The notes beneath the pieces were generated by a model. The model made no database searches. It had not been told where the DNA came from and saw only the letters and a list, made by a program, of their open reading frames with translations. Below are positions 18,654-29,069 of a stretch of 64,000 nucleotides of DNA, piece after piece. The stretch is taken from the NCBI GenBank assembly GCA_044224875.1, contig JBGAJQ010000005.1, forward strand, positions 32,001 to 96,000, written 5' to 3'. The DNA is from Gemmatimonadaceae bacterium. Its GTDB lineage: Bacteria; Gemmatimonadota; Gemmatimonadetes; Gemmatimonadales; Gemmatimonadaceae. Position numbers and translations under genes: made by a program. Every line of letters begins with the position of its first letter. Within the stretch, counting starts at the first letter, position 1.

Positions 18654-19931
18654 GTGGCGCGGCATCGCGTGCGAGTGTTCATCGCTGCCGCGCCACTCGT
18701 CGTTGGTCTTGGGGTGGCGTGTGGCGCCCGCACCGCGCCGGCACGATGGGGTCCCATGCCGGCGGTGGCCATCCCTCACCGAGCGGTTCGTGTCGCGTTA
18801 GGCGCTGAGCGTGGGATCGCCCGCATTGCTGCGAATCGGGCGTGGCACCTGACGGACCTCAGCGGCCACGCCGTGGTGCGCCCCACTCGCCTGGACGGAT
18901 GGGGCATCGAACGACGTGGCTCGCGCGTCCGTGCCGTGCAAGCCGACGGATATGCCTCCCCGTGGGTCGACGGCGGCATTCTGCTGGTGGTCGACGACAC
19001 CGCCGGGCGCGTGCAGTGGAATGCGCGCGCGTACCGCGGCAACCTCGCGTTCCACCCCACGGATTCGGCGACCCTGGCCGTGAATGTGCTGGATGCCGAG
19101 TCGTACCTGCGAGGGGTGGTGCCGCTGGAGATGGGATCACGACCGGCCAGCGACCTCGCCGCGGTCGAGGCGCAGGCGGTGGTGGCACGGTCGTTCGCTT
19201 TCGAGCGCATGAACTCCAATGCGCAGCGGGCTTACGACCTGACGGCCTCCGAACTCGATCAAGTCTATGGTGGCGTGAACGCCGAGACGCCACAAGGCGA
19301 TGCCGCGGTCGCCTCCACGCAAGGCTTGGTGCTGTCGTACCAGGGCCGAGCGATTGGGGCACCCTACCACGCGGTGTGTGGTGGCCGCACGGCGTCCGCG
19401 AGCGATGTGTGGCGGTCTGCGGGGGCCCCATATCTGCAAGGCGTTTCCGACCAAATCCCGGGGACCGATCGCTCCTACTGCGACCTGTCACCGCGCTTCC
19501 GATGGGAGCGGTCTTTCACGGCGACGGCGTTGCGCGACGTGTTCGAGCGGTACGCACGCCAGTACGTGGCGGCCGCGACCGCATCGTTTGGCGCGGTGCG
19601 TGATGTACGCGTGACGCAGACCACCGGTGGCGGTCGCGTGGCCACGTTAGGGGTAGCCACCGATGGTGGTGCGTACCAACTGGTCGGCAACGACATCCGC
19701 TTCGTACTGCGCGGGCCAAGTGGCGATCTCTTGCCCAGCACATATTTTTCGCTCGAGCCGGTGATTGGGCGCTACGGAAAACTGATGCAGCTTCTTGTTC
19801 ATGGTCTGGGGAATGGTCACGGGGTCGGGATGTGCCAGTGGGGCGCGATTGCCAGGGCACGGGCCGGCCAGGATGTTCGCACGATTCTGCATGCCTACTT
19901 CCCGGCGGCCGATCTCGCGCGCGGCACCTGA
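18654..19931 (+). CDS. SpoIID/LytB domain lipoprotein (peptidoglycan lytic transglycosylase family); start uncertain (18639 or 18654)
   Basis: YRG, ESYLRGVVPLEM, AQAVVARS, QVYGG, GNGHGVGMCQWGA; lipobox LGVA-C. Confidence 0.88.
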   Translation: MARHRVRVFIAAAPLVVGLGVACGARTAPARWGPMPAVAIPHRAVRVALGAERGIARIAANRAWHLTDLSGHAVVRPTRLDGWGIERRGSRVRAVQADGYASPWVDGGILLVVDDTAGRVQWNARAYRGNLAFHPTDSATLAVNVLDAESYLRGVVPLEMGSRPASDLAAVEAQAVVARSFAFERMNSNAQRAYDLTASELDQVYGGVNAETPQGDAAVASTQGLVLSYQGRAIGAPYHAVCGGRTASASDVWRSAGAPYLQGVSDQIPGTDRSYCDLSPRFRWERSFTATALRDVFERYARQYVAAATASFGAVRDVRVTQTTGGGRVATLGVATDGGAYQLVGNDIRFVLRGPSGDLLPSTYFSLEPVIGRYGKLMQLLVHGLGNGHGVGMCQWGAIARARAGQDVRTILHAYFPAADLARGT

Positions 19932-19985
19932 CGCGTGGCGATTGGCTGCCGTTCGAGGTTACACCATCGTTAGGAAACGCAAGGG

Positions 19986-20993
19986 ATGAAGCAGAACCTC
20001 CATGTGGCGGTCGTGGGTGTTGGCGCCATCTCGCAACTCATCCACGTGCCCACGCTCGCCAAGATGCGCGGCGTGGAAGTGGTCGCCCTCGTTGACGCGG
20101 ACAGCGCCAAGGCCCGCACGATCGCGGCCCGATTCGAGGTTCCCTACACGTTCACGGACATCGACGAGTTGTTGGAGCTGGATGGGCTCGATGCGGTGAT
20201 CATCGCGACACCCAACCACATGCACGAACCGCATGTGCTGGCCGCGCTGGCGGCAGGGGTGGACGTGCTGTGCGAGCGTCCCTTGTCGTTCACCTCCAAG
20301 GGCATCGAGCGCATCCTGGCGGCCGCCAGCCGGTCGGGCCGGCGCATCCTGGTTGGGAATAACCACCGCTTCCGTTCCGACGTGGAAGGGTTGGGCCGGT
20401 TCATGCGAGGCGGTGAGCTGGGGCGCCTCGCCGGTATTCGCGCCGGCTCGTTCCACCCGCGTGGGCGTGCCGAGGGCTGGCGTACGCGTCGCCAGGAGTC
20501 AGGGGGTGGCGCGTTGCTCGAACATGGCCTGCCGTTGATCGATCTGGCGTTGTGGCTGGCCGAGTATCCACCGCCGGTCCGCGTCTGGGCCCATATGGAT
20601 CGCTCACGGAATGCCAAGAACGCGGTGGAAGAAACGGCGGCCGTCGCGATCGCCTGTGCCGATGGTTCTTCCTTCATGTTCGACATTTCGTGGTCCTATG
20701 TTGGGAACGAGGAGCGGTGGTGGTTCGAAGTGCTTTCATCGCGCGGGAGCGCGCGACTGGCTCCCTTGCGCGTGGTAAAGGAGATCAACGGGCAGCCGGT
20801 GGACGTGTCCCCCAGCGGCGCTTCGGCGCGCGAAAGCGCGTTCAACCAATCGTACCGCGCCGAACTGGCGCACTTTGTGTCGGTGGTTCGCGGGGACACG
20901 CCATACGAGGCGCCGACGGACCAGGTGGTGCTCCACCGCGTGCTGGAAGCTGCCTACAAGTCCGCGGACGAGGGGCGCGAAGTGAAGCTGTGA
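19986..20993 (+). CDS. Gfo/Idh/MocA family oxidoreductase
   Basis: VGVGAI, IATPNHMH, VLCERP, SGGGALLEHG. Confidence 0.88.
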   Translation: MKQNLHVAVVGVGAISQLIHVPTLAKMRGVEVVALVDADSAKARTIAARFEVPYTFTDIDELLELDGLDAVIIATPNHMHEPHVLAALAAGVDVLCERPLSFTSKGIERILAAASRSGRRILVGNNHRFRSDVEGLGRFMRGGELGRLAGIRAGSFHPRGRAEGWRTRRQESGGGALLEHGLPLIDLALWLAEYPPPVRVWAHMDRSRNAKNAVEETAAVAIACADGSSFMFDISWSYVGNEERWWFEVLSSRGSARLAPLRVVKEINGQPVDVSPSGASARESAFNQSYRAELAHFVSVVRGDTPYEAPTDQVVLHRVLEAAYKSADEGREVKL

Positions 20994-22312
20994 GATCGTT
21001 GCCCAGGCTGCGATGGTGCCATCTGGTGTTGTGCCTGGCGACAATACACGTCAGCCAGCCTGCGCACGCTCAGACAGACGTGTCGCGCGGAAGTGAGCAA
21101 CGAGCGGCCGGGCAAGCCGCAACCGCGACGACCAGCGACTCGCTCAGCGTCTACTTGATGACGATGGGGCAGGGTGACCAGGTGTGGGAAAAATTCGGGC
21201 ACAACGCGATTGGGGTGCGCGACGCCCGTGCCGGCACGGACATCGTCTACAACTGGGGCATGTTCTCGTTCGATCAGCCGGGGTTCATTCCGCGCTTCCT
21301 GCGGGGCCTCATGACGTACTGGATGGCGCCCTTCGACGCCTCGCAAACGCTGATGTTCTACATCGGGGCCAATCGCACCGTCACCATCCAGGAATTGAAC
21401 CTGACGACGGACGAAAAGGTGGCGCTGCGGGACTTCCTGGCCTGGAATGCGCTCGACGAGAACAAGTTCTATCGGTATGACTACTTTCGCGACAACTGCT
21501 CCACCCGCGCGCGCGACGCGCTGGATCGCGTGCTGCACGGGGAGCTGCGTCGTCAGCTGGAACCAGTTGCCACCACCCTCAGTTATCGCGATCACGCGCT
21601 ACGATTGACCCAGGACGACTGGCTCACGTCCACCGGCATCGACATCGGACTGGGGCTACCCACGGACCGGCACCTTTCGGCGTGGGAGGAAGGATTCATC
21701 CCCATGTCGCTTCGGGACCGGTTGCGGGCCGTTCGCATCCAGCGTCCCGGCGTGGCCGATCAGCCACTGGTCCGCGCCGAGCGCACGGTGTTCCTCGCGA
21801 CCCGCCAGGTGGAACCCGCGACGCCGGCCAACCGCGCGCCTCTGTTCTTCCTCGTCAGCGCGGCGTTGGCCCTAGTGGTCGTGATACTCGCCACCCGGGC
21901 GACCCGAGGGCTCCATTGGGCTCGCGCGCTCGTTGTCGGGTGGACGGTGACGTGGGGAACGATCACCGGGCTGCTCGGTGTCCTGCTCACACTCCTGTGG
22001 ACTGTGACGGAGCACGTCTCTGCGTACCGGAACATGAACCTGTTTCACCTGCAACCGGTGTGGCTGGTGGTCGCGGTGATGGTGGCGATTGCTGCTGGGA
22101 AGAAAGCGACGCCCCAGGGTTCGGCCACTCGGCTGGCGCGCGTGTTGGCCCTGACCTGCGGCGTGTTGAGTGTGGTGGGATTTGTGGTTCTCGCGTTCCC
22201 TGGCCTTCGTCAGGGCTTTGGGGCACCGGTGGCCCTCACCGCGCCGCTCAATCTGGCGACGGTCTTTGCCATCACTCGGCTGTTCCCGGCAGCTGCCGCG
22301 CCGCGAGCATGA
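20990..22312 (+). CDS. DUF4105 membrane protein (Lnb-like lipoprotein N-acyltransferase family)
   Basis: FGHNAI, YNWGMFSF, YRYDYFRDNCST, 4 C-terminal TM helices; GTG overlaps the upstream stop. Confidence 0.78.
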   Translation: MRSLPRLRWCHLVLCLATIHVSQPAHAQTDVSRGSEQRAAGQAATATTSDSLSVYLMTMGQGDQVWEKFGHNAIGVRDARAGTDIVYNWGMFSFDQPGFIPRFLRGLMTYWMAPFDASQTLMFYIGANRTVTIQELNLTTDEKVALRDFLAWNALDENKFYRYDYFRDNCSTRARDALDRVLHGELRRQLEPVATTLSYRDHALRLTQDDWLTSTGIDIGLGLPTDRHLSAWEEGFIPMSLRDRLRAVRIQRPGVADQPLVRAERTVFLATRQVEPATPANRAPLFFLVSAALALVVVILATRATRGLHWARALVVGWTVTWGTITGLLGVLLTLLWTVTEHVSAYRNMNLFHLQPVWLVVAVMVAIAAGKKATPQGSATRLARVLALTCGVLSVVGFVVLAFPGLRQGFGAPVALTAPLNLATVFAITRLFPAAAAPRA

Positions 22313-24237
22313 GCGAATCGATCGGCATTGATGTCGGCGGCACGTTCACGGACATCGTAATCGTCGATGCCGGGGGACACGCGCGGGCCGGCAAGGTGAT
22401 GTCGACGCCACAGGACCAGGGGGAAGGCGTGGCGCGCGCCATCACGCAGTTCGTCGCCGATCCCCGCAACGTTTCGCGCATCGTGCACGGCACCACCGTG
22501 GTCACCAACCTGCTGCTGGAGCGCAAGGGAGCGCGAGTGGTCCTCTGCGCCACGTCCGGGGCCACCGACCTGTTGGAGCTGCGACGTCAGGAACGGGCGG
22601 GGCTCTACGACCTATCGGCACAGCACCCGGCGCCACTGGTCTCGCCCGACGACGTAGTTCCGGTGCCGGGGCGCATCACGCCGGATGGCATCCAACAGCC
22701 GTTGGAGGTGGCGGCCGCGACACAGGTCGCCGACCACGTGGCGCGTCTGGCCCCCGACGTGGTGGCGGTCTCCCTCCTGCACGCCTACGAAGATCCCCAG
22801 CACGAGCGCGTGCTGGCAGATGCGCTGCGTCAGCGGCTGGCGGGATTGGACGTGGTCTGCTCATCCGACGTCCTTCCCGAGATTCGGGAGTACGAGCGCA
22901 CGGCAACGACATGTTGTGAGGCCTACGCCCGCCCCCGAGTGACGCGCTACCTGTCCGGACTCGCCGGGCGACTGCGGGACCTGGGAATGCCGGCACCGAG
23001 CGTGGTGTCGTCAGGCGGCGGGTTGCAGCCGGCGGATAGGGCTGCCCAGGCCGCAGCGTCCCTGGCACTCTCCGGACCGGCCGGTGGCGTCGCCGGTGCG
23101 GCCCTCGTGGCTCGGCTGGCCGGGTTCACCCAGGCACTGAGCATCGACATCGGCGGCACCAGCGCCGACGTGGGGCTGATCCTGGACGGCGAGCCACTCG
23201 TTGAAGCTGGAGGTGAGGTCGCCGGGATTCCCATCGCCCTTCCGCGCGTGCTGGTGGAGACCGTGTCCGCCGGTGGCGGGAGCGTCGGATGGGTGGATGA
23301 CGGGGGCGCGCTGCGCGTTGGCCCGCGAAGCGCCGGGGCGGTGCCGGGGCCCGTGGCCTTCGGCCGCGGGGGAACCGAGGCGACGGTCACCGACGCCCAC
23401 ATTGCGTTAGGCAATATCATGGCCCGTCACTTCAGTGATGAGGTCACCCTGGACGTGGATGGGGCACGGCGTGTGGTCGGTGCCCTGGCCGCGCGCATGG
23501 GGGCCTCGCTGGAGCGCACGGCGGAGGCCATGATCGCCACCGCCGACGCCGCCATGGCGCGGGCGCTCCGCCGGGTGAGCGTGGAACGCGGTGTGGACCC
23601 ACGACAGTGCCTCCTGGTGGCCTTTGGCGGCGGTGGCCCGCTTCACGCCTGCGGACTCGCCGACGCCTTGCGCATGACCACGATCCTCATCCCTCCGCAT
23701 GCCGGCGTGCTGAGTGCGTTGGGGCTGGCGGTGGCGCCAGCGCGGCGCTCGGCCATGCACAGCGTCATGCGCCAGACCTCCGAGGTCTCGAACGAGCAGC
23801 TGGCGCATCGCGTGTCTGAGCTGGCGGATGCCGCTGGCCGCGACACGGGCCCTCACGTGTTGCCGGTGGCCCGCATGCGCTTCCGGGGGCAGGGCCACGA
23901 ACTGGAGGTGCCCTTCGAGCCGACGGATCGCGTCCCTAACCTCGTCCAACGCTTCCTCGCGCGGCATCGCGATCGGTACGGCTTCGTGTTGCCGACCGCG
24001 CCGGAGGTGGTGAGCCTACGTGTTACGGTGTCCTCCGACGCGCTCCCGGTCACCCTGGCCCGTTCCGGGGCGCCGGGTTGGCACGCCGAATCCAGCCGAG
24101 ACAACGGCGGTCCGGCAGACGTTAGGCTGCGTGGACGGCAAGTGGTTGCCCTCCCGGATGCCACGCTGCTCATTGCCGATGGCTGGGTGGGTCGAACCTT
24201 GCCGATGGGCGGTTGGCTGCTGGAGCGTGCCTCATGA
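22309..24237 (+). CDS. Hydantoinase A / 5-oxoprolinase ATP-binding subunit
   Basis: IDVGGTFTD, HGTTVVTN, SGPAGG, DIGGTSAD, GPRSAGAVPGP, AFGGGGPLH. Confidence 0.92.
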   Translation: MSESIGIDVGGTFTDIVIVDAGGHARAGKVMSTPQDQGEGVARAITQFVADPRNVSRIVHGTTVVTNLLLERKGARVVLCATSGATDLLELRRQERAGLYDLSAQHPAPLVSPDDVVPVPGRITPDGIQQPLEVAAATQVADHVARLAPDVVAVSLLHAYEDPQHERVLADALRQRLAGLDVVCSSDVLPEIREYERTATTCCEAYARPRVTRYLSGLAGRLRDLGMPAPSVVSSGGGLQPADRAAQAAASLALSGPAGGVAGAALVARLAGFTQALSIDIGGTSADVGLILDGEPLVEAGGEVAGIPIALPRVLVETVSAGGGSVGWVDDGGALRVGPRSAGAVPGPVAFGRGGTEATVTDAHIALGNIMARHFSDEVTLDVDGARRVVGALAARMGASLERTAEAMIATADAAMARALRRVSVERGVDPRQCLLVAFGGGGPLHACGLADALRMTTILIPPHAGVLSALGLAVAPARRSAMHSVMRQTSEVSNEQLAHRVSELADAAGRDTGPHVLPVARMRFRGQGHELEVPFEPTDRVPNLVQRFLARHRDRYGFVLPTAPEVVSLRVTVSSDALPVTLARSGAPGWHAESSRDNGGPADVRLRGRQVVALPDATLLIADGWVGRTLPMGGWLLERAS

Positions 24238-25775
24238 CCGTCACCTTCGATCCGCTGGCCCTCTCCGTGGTGGGGCACGCCGTCTCCATGATCGCCGAGG
24301 AGATGGGCACGATCCTCGAACGCGGCGCGCTGTCGCCGAACATTCGCGAGCGGCGGGACGCCTCGTGCGCGCTGTTCGACGCGGGTGGTCGCATGGTGGC
24401 GCAGGCGGCCCACATTCCCGTCCACCTGGGCGCCATGCCGGAGTCCGTGCGCGCCGTACGCGATCGGGGACCCCGGGCGGGGGACGTCTTCCTCCTCAAC
24501 GATCCGTTCCGCGGTGGCTCGCACCTGCCCGACCTGACGTTGGTCCAGGCAATTGGTGCACCTGACGGCACGATCGTCGGGTATTCCGCCGTGCGGGCGC
24601 ATCACGCGGATGTCGGTGGCATGAGCCCCGGCAGCATGCCGCGTGGCGCCACCGAACTGGTGCAGGAAGGGCTGATCGTCCCGCCGGTGTGCATTGCGCG
24701 CGGCGACCTGTGGAACGAGGACGTCCTGATGTTGGTGCTGGCGAACGTGCGAACGCCGGACGAGCGACGGGGCGACTTGGAAGCGCAACGGGCGGCCTGT
24801 GCAGCGGGACGCGACGGGTGGCTGGCGCTCCGTCAGCGCATGGGCGCCGAGGCGCTCGATGCTGCCTGCGATGCCCTGCTGGACTACACGGAGCGACGTG
24901 CCCGTTCGCGCATCAAACAGCTGGGCGCCGTGCGAGGACACGCTCGCGACGCACTGGAGGGTGACGGCGTCACGGATGATGACGTTCCCGTGGTGGTGAC
25001 GATCGAGGCGGTGGAGGATCGCCTGCGGGTGGACTTTACGGGGACCGCATCGGCCGTGCGCGGGAACGTCAATTGCCCCGTGGCCGTCACGCGTGCGGCA
25101 TGCGTGTTTGTCATTCGCACGTTGCTGAACGACGATGTGCCGACGAACGACGGCATCGCCCGGGCGTTGGAGCTCGTCGTGCCGCCGGGGTGCGCCGTGA
25201 ATGCCGCGTGGCCCTCGGCCGTGGCTGCTGGGAACGTGGAGATGTCGCAGCGGATCACCGATACGTTGTTCGCTGCCCTGGCCGCCGCGGGTGTGAGTGT
25301 TCCCGCGCAAGGGCAGGGCACGATGAACAACATTACCTTTGGCGGTGCGGGATGGACGTTCTACGAAACGTTAGGTGGCGGGCAGGGCGCCAGCGCGCGT
25401 GGGCCCGGTCCGAGTGCCGTGCACGTCGGGATGTCCAATACCCGCAACACGCCGATCGAGTCGCTGGAGCGTGCGTATCCCATTCGCATCGATGAGTACG
25501 CGATTCGACGGCGATCCGGTGGCGTCGGACAACACGCCGGTGGCGACGGGATCGTGCGTCAGTATCGCGTGCTGGAGCGTTGCACGGTGACCCTGCTAAC
25601 CGAACGCCGCCGCCTGGCACCAGCGGGTGCGCATGGAGGCGCGCCGGGCGCCGTCGGCCGCAACCTGCTGAACGGTGCGCCCATTCCCGCCAAGTGCCGC
25701 ATGGAGTTGCACCCTGGGGACGTGGTCACGGTGGAGACGCCGGGAGGTGGCGGCTGGGGCACGCCCCAAACCTAA
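24234..25775 (+). CDS. Hydantoinase B / 5-oxoprolinase subunit
   Basis: SPNIRERRDASCA, HIPVHLGAM, NDPFRGGSHLPD, HHADVGG, ETPGGGGWG. Confidence 0.92.
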   Translation: MTVTFDPLALSVVGHAVSMIAEEMGTILERGALSPNIRERRDASCALFDAGGRMVAQAAHIPVHLGAMPESVRAVRDRGPRAGDVFLLNDPFRGGSHLPDLTLVQAIGAPDGTIVGYSAVRAHHADVGGMSPGSMPRGATELVQEGLIVPPVCIARGDLWNEDVLMLVLANVRTPDERRGDLEAQRAACAAGRDGWLALRQRMGAEALDAACDALLDYTERRARSRIKQLGAVRGHARDALEGDGVTDDDVPVVVTIEAVEDRLRVDFTGTASAVRGNVNCPVAVTRAACVFVIRTLLNDDVPTNDGIARALELVVPPGCAVNAAWPSAVAAGNVEMSQRITDTLFAALAAAGVSVPAQGQGTMNNITFGGAGWTFYETLGGGQGASARGPGPSAVHVGMSNTRNTPIESLERAYPIRIDEYAIRRRSGGVGQHAGGDGIVRQYRVLERCTVTLLTERRRLAPAGAHGGAPGAVGRNLLNGAPIPAKCRMELHPGDVVTVETPGGGGWGTPQT

Positions 25776-25862
25776 GGCAAGGGGAATCCTGCTGATGGGG
25801 GGCGTTTCCTCGGCGACGACGATTGGTCGGCACCGATCTCGGTCGATCGGAACTACGCGGCG

Positions 25863-26738
25863 TTACAACCCGATCTCGGTCCCCTCGGCGGCTGCAACCA
25901 CCTGCAGGACGCCGCCGCGCTCGCGCACCATCTCGTGACACAGCGACAACATCTCGTCCAGTGCCGCGTCGCCACGGTCCGGCTCATGGTGGAAGAGCAC
26001 CAGCGTCTGGACCTCGGCCGCCAGCGCGAACTCCACGGCGTCGCGGTACGAGGAATGTCCCCACCCGCGGTGCGCCATGTACTCCGCGCCCGTGTACATC
26101 GCGTCGTGAATCAGCACCTGGGCGCCCCGCGCGAAGTCAATGAGCGCCTCGCGTGAAGCCGGTCGCGCCGCCGCGTCCGGGTCGTCGTACGACGGGTCCA
26201 GTTCGTTGTCCGGGATGAATACGAACGAACGATGCGCCTGCCCTTCGGGCCCCACCCGAAAGCCTAACGCGCCACCGGGGTGCCGCACGTCGATGGTCTT
26301 TACGTCGTAGCCCGCGGCCGTGCGTCGCGCGCCCTCGAGCGGTCGCACTTCCATACGGGCGCGCAAGGCATCGAACGCCACCGGAAACACGACAGGGCTC
26401 ATCTGCTGCCGAAGCACGATCTCCAAGCTCGCGAAAAGGGACGGTGACCCCCAGAGCGTGAACTGGTTGCCGTGCTGAAAGGCCGGCGTGAAGAACGGCA
26501 ACCCCTGGATGTGGTCCCAGTGCGCGTGACTGAAGAACACTTCACCCTTGATGTGGTCACCGTTCGCCTGCCGCACGAGCGACAGGCCAAGGTCGCGAAT
26601 ACCGGTCCCCGCGTCAAAGATCAGGAGCGCGTCGTCATCCGTGCGCACTTCCACACACGTGGTGTTCCCGCCGTACCGCACCGTGTTTGGACCCGGCGAC
26701 GGGCACGATCCACGAGTTCCCCAAAAACGAAGACGCAT
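25863..26738 (-). CDS. MBL-fold metallo-hydrolase
   Basis: MRLRFWGTRGS, YGGNTTC, DAGTG, SHAHWDHIQG, HPGG, WGHS, LFHHEP. Confidence 0.88.
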   Translation of the reverse strand: MRLRFWGTRGSCPSPGPNTVRYGGNTTCVEVRTDDDALLIFDAGTGIRDLGLSLVRQANGDHIKGEVFFSHAHWDHIQGLPFFTPAFQHGNQFTLWGSPSLFASLEIVLRQQMSPVVFPVAFDALRARMEVRPLEGARRTAAGYDVKTIDVRHPGGALGFRVGPEGQAHRSFVFIPDNELDPSYDDPDAAARPASREALIDFARGAQVLIHDAMYTGAEYMAHRGWGHSSYRDAVEFALAAEVQTLVLFHHEPDRGDAALDEMLSLCHEMVRERGGVLQVVAAAEGTEIGL

Positions 26739-26825
26739 GCTCCTGTGCGACTGCCTCGGCCGAGGTGGAAGGGACGGAAACGAAAGCCTAACGACCCTTG
26801 CGGGCCGTCGCCGTGGCTTGAGTCA

Positions 26826-27500
26826 CTACAGGCGTGCTTGGGCGAGCTGTTTGAGCGCCGAGCGGTTGGCGATCGAGATGCGGCGGCGTTCGACGCGGAT
26901 CAGTGACTGAATCTGGAAGTCGCGAATGGTGCGGGAAACGGTTTCGCGACTCGCGCCAATCATGTGCGCGATCGTCTGGTGCGTGAGGGGTTTCTCGATC
27001 GTGTCGGTTCCGCCTTCTTCGGCGAAATCCAGCAACAGTCTCGCAATGCGCCCCGGCACGTCCAGCAGCGCCAGTCCGTGAATCTTGGCGTCTGCGCGAC
27101 GCAGGCGGCGAGCCAGTTCCACCATCAGTGACCACGCCACGGCCGGATTCGCCTCGACCCGACGGCGGAAGTCGTCGCGACGTAGCACCAGGAGGTTCGT
27201 CTCCTCCATGGCAATCACGTGTGCCGAGCGCGGCTGGTCGTCGATCAGAGACAGCTCGCCGAAGTGCTCGCCTACGCCAAGGACGCCCAGGATCACTTCG
27301 CGCCCGTCTTCACCAATCAAAACGACTTTCACGCGCCCATCGCGCACAATGAACAGCGAATCGCCGGGATCGTCCTCGAAGACGATGACGCTGCCCTTCG
27401 GGTAGTTCTTCTCGCGGGTCAGCTCGGCAAAACGTTGAAGCTCCACATCGTCGAGCTTGGAAAACAGCGGGATCGTGCGGAGGAAGTTCGAGATTTCCAT
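26826..27500 (-). CDS. Crp/Fnr family transcriptional regulator
   Basis: cNMP pocket FGELSL...PRSA; HTH THQTIAHMIGASRETVSR. Confidence 0.93.
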   Translation of the reverse strand: MEISNFLRTIPLFSKLDDVELQRFAELTREKNYPKGSVIVFEDDPGDSLFIVRDGRVKVVLIGEDGREVILGVLGVGEHFGELSLIDDQPRSAHVIAMEETNLLVLRRDDFRRRVEANPAVAWSLMVELARRLRRADAKIHGLALLDVPGRIARLLLDFAEEGGTDTIEKPLTHQTIAHMIGASRETVSRTIRDFQIQSLIRVERRRISIANRSALKQLAQARL

Positions 27501-27730
27501 TCCTATCGCCTTGCCTTTGGGGACGTTTTTTCGGTCGAGCGGGTTCGTGTGATACAGACACTACCCGGCAACGGTAGACGCGCGCATTTGCGGCGCGTCA
27601 CCGAGCGCCGGAATGTCGTGCCGGACTCCTCCGGAAGCACGTAATGAGCGTCACAATCACGATTTGCACGCTTCCCATTCGACAGGAGTTTATTCCCTTC
27701 CAACGTCTGCTGCCGCTTTGATTTGTGCGC

Positions 27731-27760
27731 TTGTATCGCGCCACTCTAATGAGATATATT
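27731..27760 (+). promoter_or_regulatory. Putative sigma-70 promoter for the rpmE operon
   Basis: TTGTAT-N18-TATATT in an AT-rich patch about 30 nt upstream of rpmE. Confidence 0.4.
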
Positions 27761-27792
27761 GTCCAGCTACTTCCTGATGCCCTGAGGTTCCC

Positions 27793-27999
27793 GTGAAGGC
27801 TGATATCCATCCCGAATACGCCACTGCGACCGTGCACTGCGCGTGTGGGAATTCGTTCCAGACTCGTTCCACGTCCAGCGAACTCCACCTCGACATTTGC
27901 TCGAATTGCCACCCGTTCTTCACCGGCAAGCAAAAGCTCGTTGACACCGCTGGACGCGTCGAGCGCTTCCGTCAGAAATACGCAGGGAAGTCGAACTGA
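27793..27999 (+). CDS. rpmE: 50S ribosomal protein L31 (Zn-binding type)
   Basis: [30 protein letters not shown]. Confidence 0.96.
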   Translation: MKADIHPEYATATVHCACGNSFQTRSTSSELHLDICSNCHPFFTGKQKLVDTAGRVERFRQKYAGKSN

Positions 28000-29069
28000 G
28001 TCTTCGCGACCGACTAGCCGAGGCAGTCGCGCGCGCCGAAGCAGTCGAGCGCGACCTCGGCGACCCCAAGACGCTCAAGGACGCAAAGGCGCTGGCCGCG
28101 CTGGGCAGGGAGCACCAGCGACTCGCCGCCGTGGTCGAGCGCGCCAAACGTCTGGACAAGCTGGAAGACGAGCTCACTCAGGCGCGTGAGCTCGTCTACG
28201 TTGACGACCCGGAAATGGCCGAAGAGGCAAAGTCCGAGGTCGAGCGCGCCGAATCGGCGATTGTGTCCCTCGAGGTCGAGCTAAAACCCCTCCTCGTCCC
28301 GCACGACCCGCTGGACGATCGGCCGGCAATCGTCGAAATCAGGGCCGGTACCGGTGGCGACGAGGCCGCTCTATTTGCGGCTGACCTCTTTCGGATGTAC
28401 ACGCGCTACATCGAGCGACGGGGCTGGAAGGTCGACATCATGTCGCTGTCCGAAGGTACGCTGGGCGGGTACAAGGAAGCGGTCTTCAAGGTCCTTGGAA
28501 CCGGAGCGTTCGGCGAAATGCGATGGGAGTCCGGCGTCCACCGAGTGCAACGCGTTCCGGTCACGGAAAGCGCCGGCCGAATTCACACGAGTGCCGCGAC
28601 GGTGGCCGTGCTGCCGGAAGCCGAGGAAGTGGACATCCAGATCGACGAGAAGGAGTTGCGGATCGACGTCTTTCGCGCCTCGGGTCCTGGTGGACAGGGC
28701 GTCAACACCACCGACTCCGCCGTTCGCATCACCCACCTGCCAACAGGAACCGTCGTCCAGCAGCAGGATCAACGATCGCAGATTCAGAACCGGGCCAAGG
28801 CCATGGAAGTGCTGCGCTCGCGTTTGCTGGACATGCGCATCGCCGAACAGGAGGCCTCACGCGCGCGCTTGCGGCGTTCACAGGTCAGCACCGGCGATCG
28901 CTCGGCGAAGATCCGCACGTACAACTACCCGCAGAGCCGGGTGACCGACCATCGCATCAATCTCACGTCGTATGACCTGGCGGGAACGATGGACGGTGAC
29001 ATCAGCAAGTTCATCGAAGCACTGAAGATGGCAGACACCGAAGAGAAGCTGGCGGGAGGCGCGTTGTGA
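27996..29069 (+). CDS. prfA: Peptide chain release factor 1 (probable CTG start)
   Basis: [21 protein letters not shown] (PxT), [13 protein letters not shown]; open frame extends to CTG at 27996, giving 357 aa. Confidence 0.93.
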   Translation: MSLRDRLAEAVARAEAVERDLGDPKTLKDAKALAALGREHQRLAAVVERAKRLDKLEDELTQARELVYVDDPEMAEEAKSEVERAESAIVSLEVELKPLLVPHDPLDDRPAIVEIRAGTGGDEAALFAADLFRMYTRYIERRGWKVDIMSLSEGTLGGYKEAVFKVLGTGAFGEMRWESGVHRVQRVPVTESAGRIHTSAATVAVLPEAEEVDIQIDEKELRIDVFRASGPGGQGVNTTDSAVRITHLPTGTVVQQQDQRSQIQNRAKAMEVLRSRLLDMRIAEQEASRARLRRSQVSTGDRSAKIRTYNYPQSRVTDHRINLTSYDLAGTMDGDISKFIEALKMADTEEKLAGGAL

